From positions 659-64,658 of the forward strand of contig JBCNUW010000001.1 of NCBI GenBank assembly GCA_039630575.1: DNA of 64,000 nucleotides, read 5' to 3'. The number at the start of each line of letters is the position of its first letter. Positions within the stretch are counted from its first letter, which is position 1. Shown here piece after piece: positions 60,534-64,000 of this stretch. Source of the stretch: Candidatus Hydrothermales bacterium (GTDB lineage Bacteria > Hydrothermota > Hydrothermia > Hydrothermales > JAJRUZ01). The translations under genes were made by a program, and so were the position numbers. Below the pieces are notes generated by a model, which was given only the letters and a program-made list of their open reading frames with translations, had not been told where the DNA came from and ran no database searches.

Positions 60534-61397
60534 ATGAAAAGGTTAATAAATTTTTGTCTTTTTTCATTTCTTTTCTTTTTATATTTGCATGCTCAGGAAT
60601 CTCAATCACCTCAGCAAGAAGTTGAAATCAAAGCTAAATATAAGGGAAAGATAGAAGAAAGAAAACCGATATGGAAGTTAACCTTTAATCTCTTTGATGC
60701 TGCCTACGATCAATTTAAAAATAAGGGTTATATTTTCGATCAAAGATTTGGAAAGGGCAGAATAAAACCACCTTTGCCGTCACTAGCCTCTGAGGAGCTT
60801 AGGAAACCTTGGCTTAATAGTATTGTAAGAGGTGAAGTCGGTATATTCTACCCATTTTATGGTCGAGATTTAAAAAAGTGGAAATTAACAATACTGGATG
60901 GAAAAGGTAAAGTTTTTAGAGTTTTTTCAGGAGAAGACGAGCCTCCGACGAAAATAGTCTGGGATGGAAGGAATGAAAAGGGAGAAGTTCTTGATGTGAG
61001 TTTACTATATTTTTATACTGCAGAAGCAGAGGATGAAGCAGGAAACATTTCAAAAACACCAGAAAGACCCATAAAGCTCTCCGGAATACTCTGGCAAGAT
61101 GGTGTAAACTTTATAATATCTGTTGACGGAAATGAAATTTTTGAAGAAAATTCAGATAGAATAAAAAGGGTTGAGCTATTAGAGGAATCTTTAAGTATAA
61201 TAAAAGAAAAAGCTCAAGTTAAAGTAGAAGTAGTTGTTTATGGTCAAAACCCTGAACTAACAAAAAAAAGATATGAAAATGTCTTAAAATACTTAAGAGA
61301 AAATTTAAGAATACCAAAGGGAAAAGTAATTTATATGGAAGGGTATTTTAAAAGAACTGGTTACGAAACTTCAAGGATAGATTTTAAAATCTTATAA
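60534..61397 (+). CDS. Exported protein with FlgD-Ig domain and degenerate OmpA-like C-terminal domain
   Basis: Signal peptide (LHA-Q); WKLTILDGKG...WDGRNEKG...AEDEAGN; then IFEENS...VEVVVYG..LTKKRYENVLKYL...SRIDF. Confidence 0.65.
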   Translation: MKRLINFCLFSFLFFLYLHAQESQSPQQEVEIKAKYKGKIEERKPIWKLTFNLFDAAYDQFKNKGYIFDQRFGKGRIKPPLPSLASEELRKPWLNSIVRGEVGIFYPFYGRDLKKWKLTILDGKGKVFRVFSGEDEPPTKIVWDGRNEKGEVLDVSLLYFYTAEAEDEAGNISKTPERPIKLSGILWQDGVNFIISVDGNEIFEENSDRIKRVELLEESLSIIKEKAQVKVEVVVYGQNPELTKKRYENVLKYLRENLRIPKGKVIYMEGYFKRTGYETSRIDFKIL

Positions 61398-61399
61398 GT

Positions 61400-61436
61400 A
61401 TCTCAAACTTCCTTAAAGTTTAAGATCATTTTCTTC
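61400..61436. terminator. Possible terminator hairpin between convergent genes
   Basis: atct-c-aaactt / aagttt-a-agat stem with a 5-nt loop, followed by cattttcttc. Confidence 0.35.
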
Positions 61437-62024
61437 TTAGACATTTTTTAAAATAACAAAACCTCCTATTAGGAGAATCATAAAAACTATTGTTAAAAGG
61501 TTAAAATACTTATCAATAAATTTTTTAATTTTTTCTCCAAAGATTTTGATAAGTAGTGCTATAATAAAGAATCTAGAACTTCTTGAAATTAAAGAGGCTA
61601 AAAGAAAAATAATCACATTTATTTTGAATACACCTGCAGAGATTGTGAAAACTTTATATGGAATAGGAGTAAAACCTGCTGTAAAAATTGCAAAAAATGA
61701 ATTTTTATGATAAAGATCTGAAACTCTTTCAAAAGCGCTAACAGAAAAAACATAAGCAAAGAAAAAGTCCTTTGTAAGTTCCCAAAAATAGAATCCTATT
61801 ATGTAGCCGATTAATCCGCCAAGTACCGAGCAAACAGAGCATAGCAAGGCAAAATATAAGGATCTTTCTCTATTACCAAGACTTAAAGCCATAAGTAACG
61901 GATCAGGTGGTACTGGAAAAAAAATAGATTCAATAGATGAAAAAAAACATAGTGCAAGAGCTCCTTCCTTTTTATAAGCCCAACTTAAAACCCAATCATA
62001 CAATCTTTTTGATAATTTGAACAT
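61437..62024 (-). CDS. YqaA/DedA (VTT) family membrane protein
   Basis: ESIFFPVPPDPLL, SVLGGLIGY, AGFTPIPYKVFTISAG and SRSSRFF. Confidence 0.92.
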   Translation of the reverse strand: MFKLSKRLYDWVLSWAYKKEGALALCFFSSIESIFFPVPPDPLLMALSLGNRERSLYFALLCSVCSVLGGLIGYIIGFYFWELTKDFFFAYVFSVSAFERVSDLYHKNSFFAIFTAGFTPIPYKVFTISAGVFKINVIIFLLASLISRSSRFFIIALLIKIFGEKIKKFIDKYFNLLTIVFMILLIGGFVILKNV

Positions 62025-62085
62025 GAAAAAAGTATTATAAGTTATATAATGAATTTTTTTAAAATAAAAAGTATAATATTTTTCT

Positions 62086-64000
62086 ATGAATCAATATATA
62101 AGGGTTTACGGTGCGAGGGAGCATAATCTAAAAAATATAAATGTCTTTATACCCAAAAATAAACTTGTTGTAATCACAGGTATTTCAGGTTCAGGCAAAT
62201 CTTCTCTTGCTTTTGATACACTTTATGCTGAAGGACAGAGAAGATACTTAGAATCTCTTTCATCTTATGTAAGACAATTTATAGGCAAAATTGAAAAACC
62301 AGATGTTGAACTCATAGAAGGACTTTCTCCAGCAATAGCAATTGAGCAAAGAAAGATTCAAAAAAATCCAAGATCAACCGTAGCAACAGTTACAGAAATT
62401 TATGATTACCTTAGACTTCTTTTTGCAAGGATAGGGCTTCCTTATTGTCCAAATTGTGAAATTAAACTTACAAAAAGTACTGTTGATGAAATTGTAGATT
62501 TATTACTCAAAAGGGAAAACGAAAAAGCAATGATTTTAGCTCCCTTAGTTAAAGGAAGAAAGGGAGAATATAAGAGTTTGTTCGAAAGGCTAAAAAAACA
62601 GGGCTGGTCAAGAGTGAGAATTAATGGGTTAGTTTATGAAATTGAGGATCTACCAATTTTAGATAAAAACAAAAAACATAACATAGAGCTTGTTGTTGAC
62701 AGAGTGGTAATTAAGAAAGATTCAAAATCCCGAATAGCTGAGTCTATAGAAGTAGCTTTGAAATACGGAGAGGGTAACGTTTTGGTTTTTTATTTAAAAG
62801 ATGAGAAAGAAGAAATATTTTCAGAATCCTTGAAATGTCCTAAATGTGATTTTTCACTACCAGAACTTGAACCACGTCTTTTTTCTTTCAATTCTCCTTA
62901 TGGTGCATGTAAGGAATGTCATGGTCTTGGTTTCAAAAATGAAATTGATCCTGAACTTTTAGTAAACCCGCATCTTTCAATTCTTGAAGGCGCAATAAGA
63001 CCAATTGGCGAGCCTTACGGGTCACTTTATTATAAAATTTCAAAGTTATCAAGAAAATTCAATGTGACACTTGATAAACCCTGGAAAGAATTACCGTCTG
63101 AATTTAAAGAAGTTGTTCTTTATGGTGATAAAAATAATGAATACTTTTACGATTTTGACGGAATTATTCCTTTTTTGCTAAGAAAATACGAAGAAAGTGA
63201 ATCTGATTATGTTATTCAAGAAATTGAAAAATATGTTGTAAAAAAAAGTTGTCCAGAATGCAAAGGTGCAAGGTTAAACAAAAGTGCCCTCGCTGTAAAG
63301 ATAGAAGATAAAAACATTTATGACTTAACTAAACTTGATGTTTTCTCAGCAAAAAAATTTTTTGAAAATCTTAGATTGAAAGATAGAGAAAAAACTATCG
63401 CTGAAAGGATAATAAAGGAAATATACGATAGACTTAATTTTCTTGATAATGTCGGACTTTATTATTTAACCCTCGATAGAACTATGGAAACTTTGTCAAG
63501 TGGAGAAGAGCAGAGAGTAAGGCTTGCAACACAAATTGGAAGTGGATTAACAGGTGTTCTTTATGTTTTAGATGAACCCTCAATCGGTTTACATCCAAGA
63601 GATAATGAGAAACTCATAAGTACACTTATTAAATTGAGAGATCTTGGAAACACAGTACTTGTAGTTGAGCATGATGAATCTACAATAAGAAGTGCTGATT
63701 ATATTATAGATCTTGGACCAGGAGCAGGAGAGGAAGGTGGATTCGTCGTAGCTCAAGGCACAACTCAAGATATTATGAATTCTCCTAATTCAATAACTGG
63801 TAAATATTTAAAGGGTGAACTAAAAATAGAGGTTCCAAAAAAAAGAAGAATACCGTCAGATAAGTGGCTAATTCTGAAAAATGCAAGAGGATATAACTTA
63901 AAAAATGTCACACTTAGGATTCCTCTTGGACTTTTTGTTTGCATCACTGGAGTGTCAGGTTCAGGAAAGAGTACATTAATTATCGAAACTTTGTACAGGG
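62086..64000 (+). CDS. uvrA: Excinuclease ABC subunit A (3' truncated by window edge; missing from the ORF track)
   Basis: Manual translation from ATG 62086: [74 protein letters not shown] and [10 protein letters not shown]. Confidence 0.97.
   Translation, partial: MNQYIRVYGAREHNLKNINVFIPKNKLVVITGISGSGKSSLAFDTLYAEGQRRYLESLSSYVRQFIGKIEKPDVELIEGLSPAIAIEQRKIQKNPRSTVATVTEIYDYLRLLFARIGLPYCPNCEIKLTKSTVDEIVDLLLKRENEKAMILAPLVKGRKGEYKSLFERLKKQGWSRVRINGLVYEIEDLPILDKNKKHNIELVVDRVVIKKDSKSRIAESIEVALKYGEGNVLVFYLKDEKEEIFSESLKCPKCDFSLPELEPRLFSFNSPYGACKECHGLGFKNEIDPELLVNPHLSILEGAIRPIGEPYGSLYYKISKLSRKFNVTLDKPWKELPSEFKEVVLYGDKNNEYFYDFDGIIPFLLRKYEESESDYVIQEIEKYVVKKSCPECKGARLNKSALAVKIEDKNIYDLTKLDVFSAKKFFENLRLKDREKTIAERIIKEIYDRLNFLDNVGLYYLTLDRTMETLSSGEEQRVRLATQIGSGLTGVLYVLDEPSIGLHPRDNEKLISTLIKLRDLGNTVLVVEHDESTIRSADYIIDLGPGAGEEGGFVVAQGTTQDIMNSPNSITGKYLKGELKIEVPKKRRIPSDKWLILKNARGYNLKNVTLRIPLGLFVCITGVSGSGKSTLIIETLYR

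Noticed and set aside
57977..61397. Ordinary Tol-Pal system or flagellar MotAB stator
   Set aside because: No TolB or Pal lipoprotein is present, the B subunits have ExbD rather than MotB periplasmic domains, and a TonB_C protein is present.
62025..62085. SOS/LexA box upstream of uvrA
   Set aside because: No recognisable palindrome beyond A/T runs.

Overview
Gene-dense, very AT-rich bacterial chromosomal segment with about 52 CDS. I saw no rRNA, tRNA, CRISPR array, integrase or transposase. The proteins are K/E/I-rich and coding strands are purine-loaded, which suggests a thermophile. The cell is diderm (TamB, PorV-like barrel, TonB/Exb) and several proteins carry T9SS-type or FlgD-Ig C-terminal domains, consistent with an FCB-related lineage such as candidate division WOR-3 (inference). 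Housekeeping genes include rocD, tgt, ugd, a UDP-GlcA decarboxylase, hutI, ftcd, a biotin carboxylase, cdaA, hflX, lon, guaB, mtnA and a partial uvrA. The best candidate for an undescribed system is 52.2-61.4 kb: a CTD-bearing cargo, a PorV-like barrel fused to a FlgD-Ig domain, a large TPR protein, ExbB, two ExbD (one lacking the conserved Asp), TonB and a FlgD-Ig/OmpA-like protein. It could be a Ton/Exb-powered T9SS-like or Agl-Glt-like envelope machine. Other notable items are a four-gene DUF6754-type membrane module, an NLR-like GGDEF-STAND-HEAT protein, duplicated TPR + ExeA-ATPase pairs, a C2H2 zinc finger inserted in FTCD, an ARPP-1/cdaA pair, pervasive leaderless promoters, very short signal peptides, a poly-T promoter spacer on a giant adhesin gene and two tRNA T-arm-like hairpins. 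All family assignments come from motif recognition by eye, not database searches.
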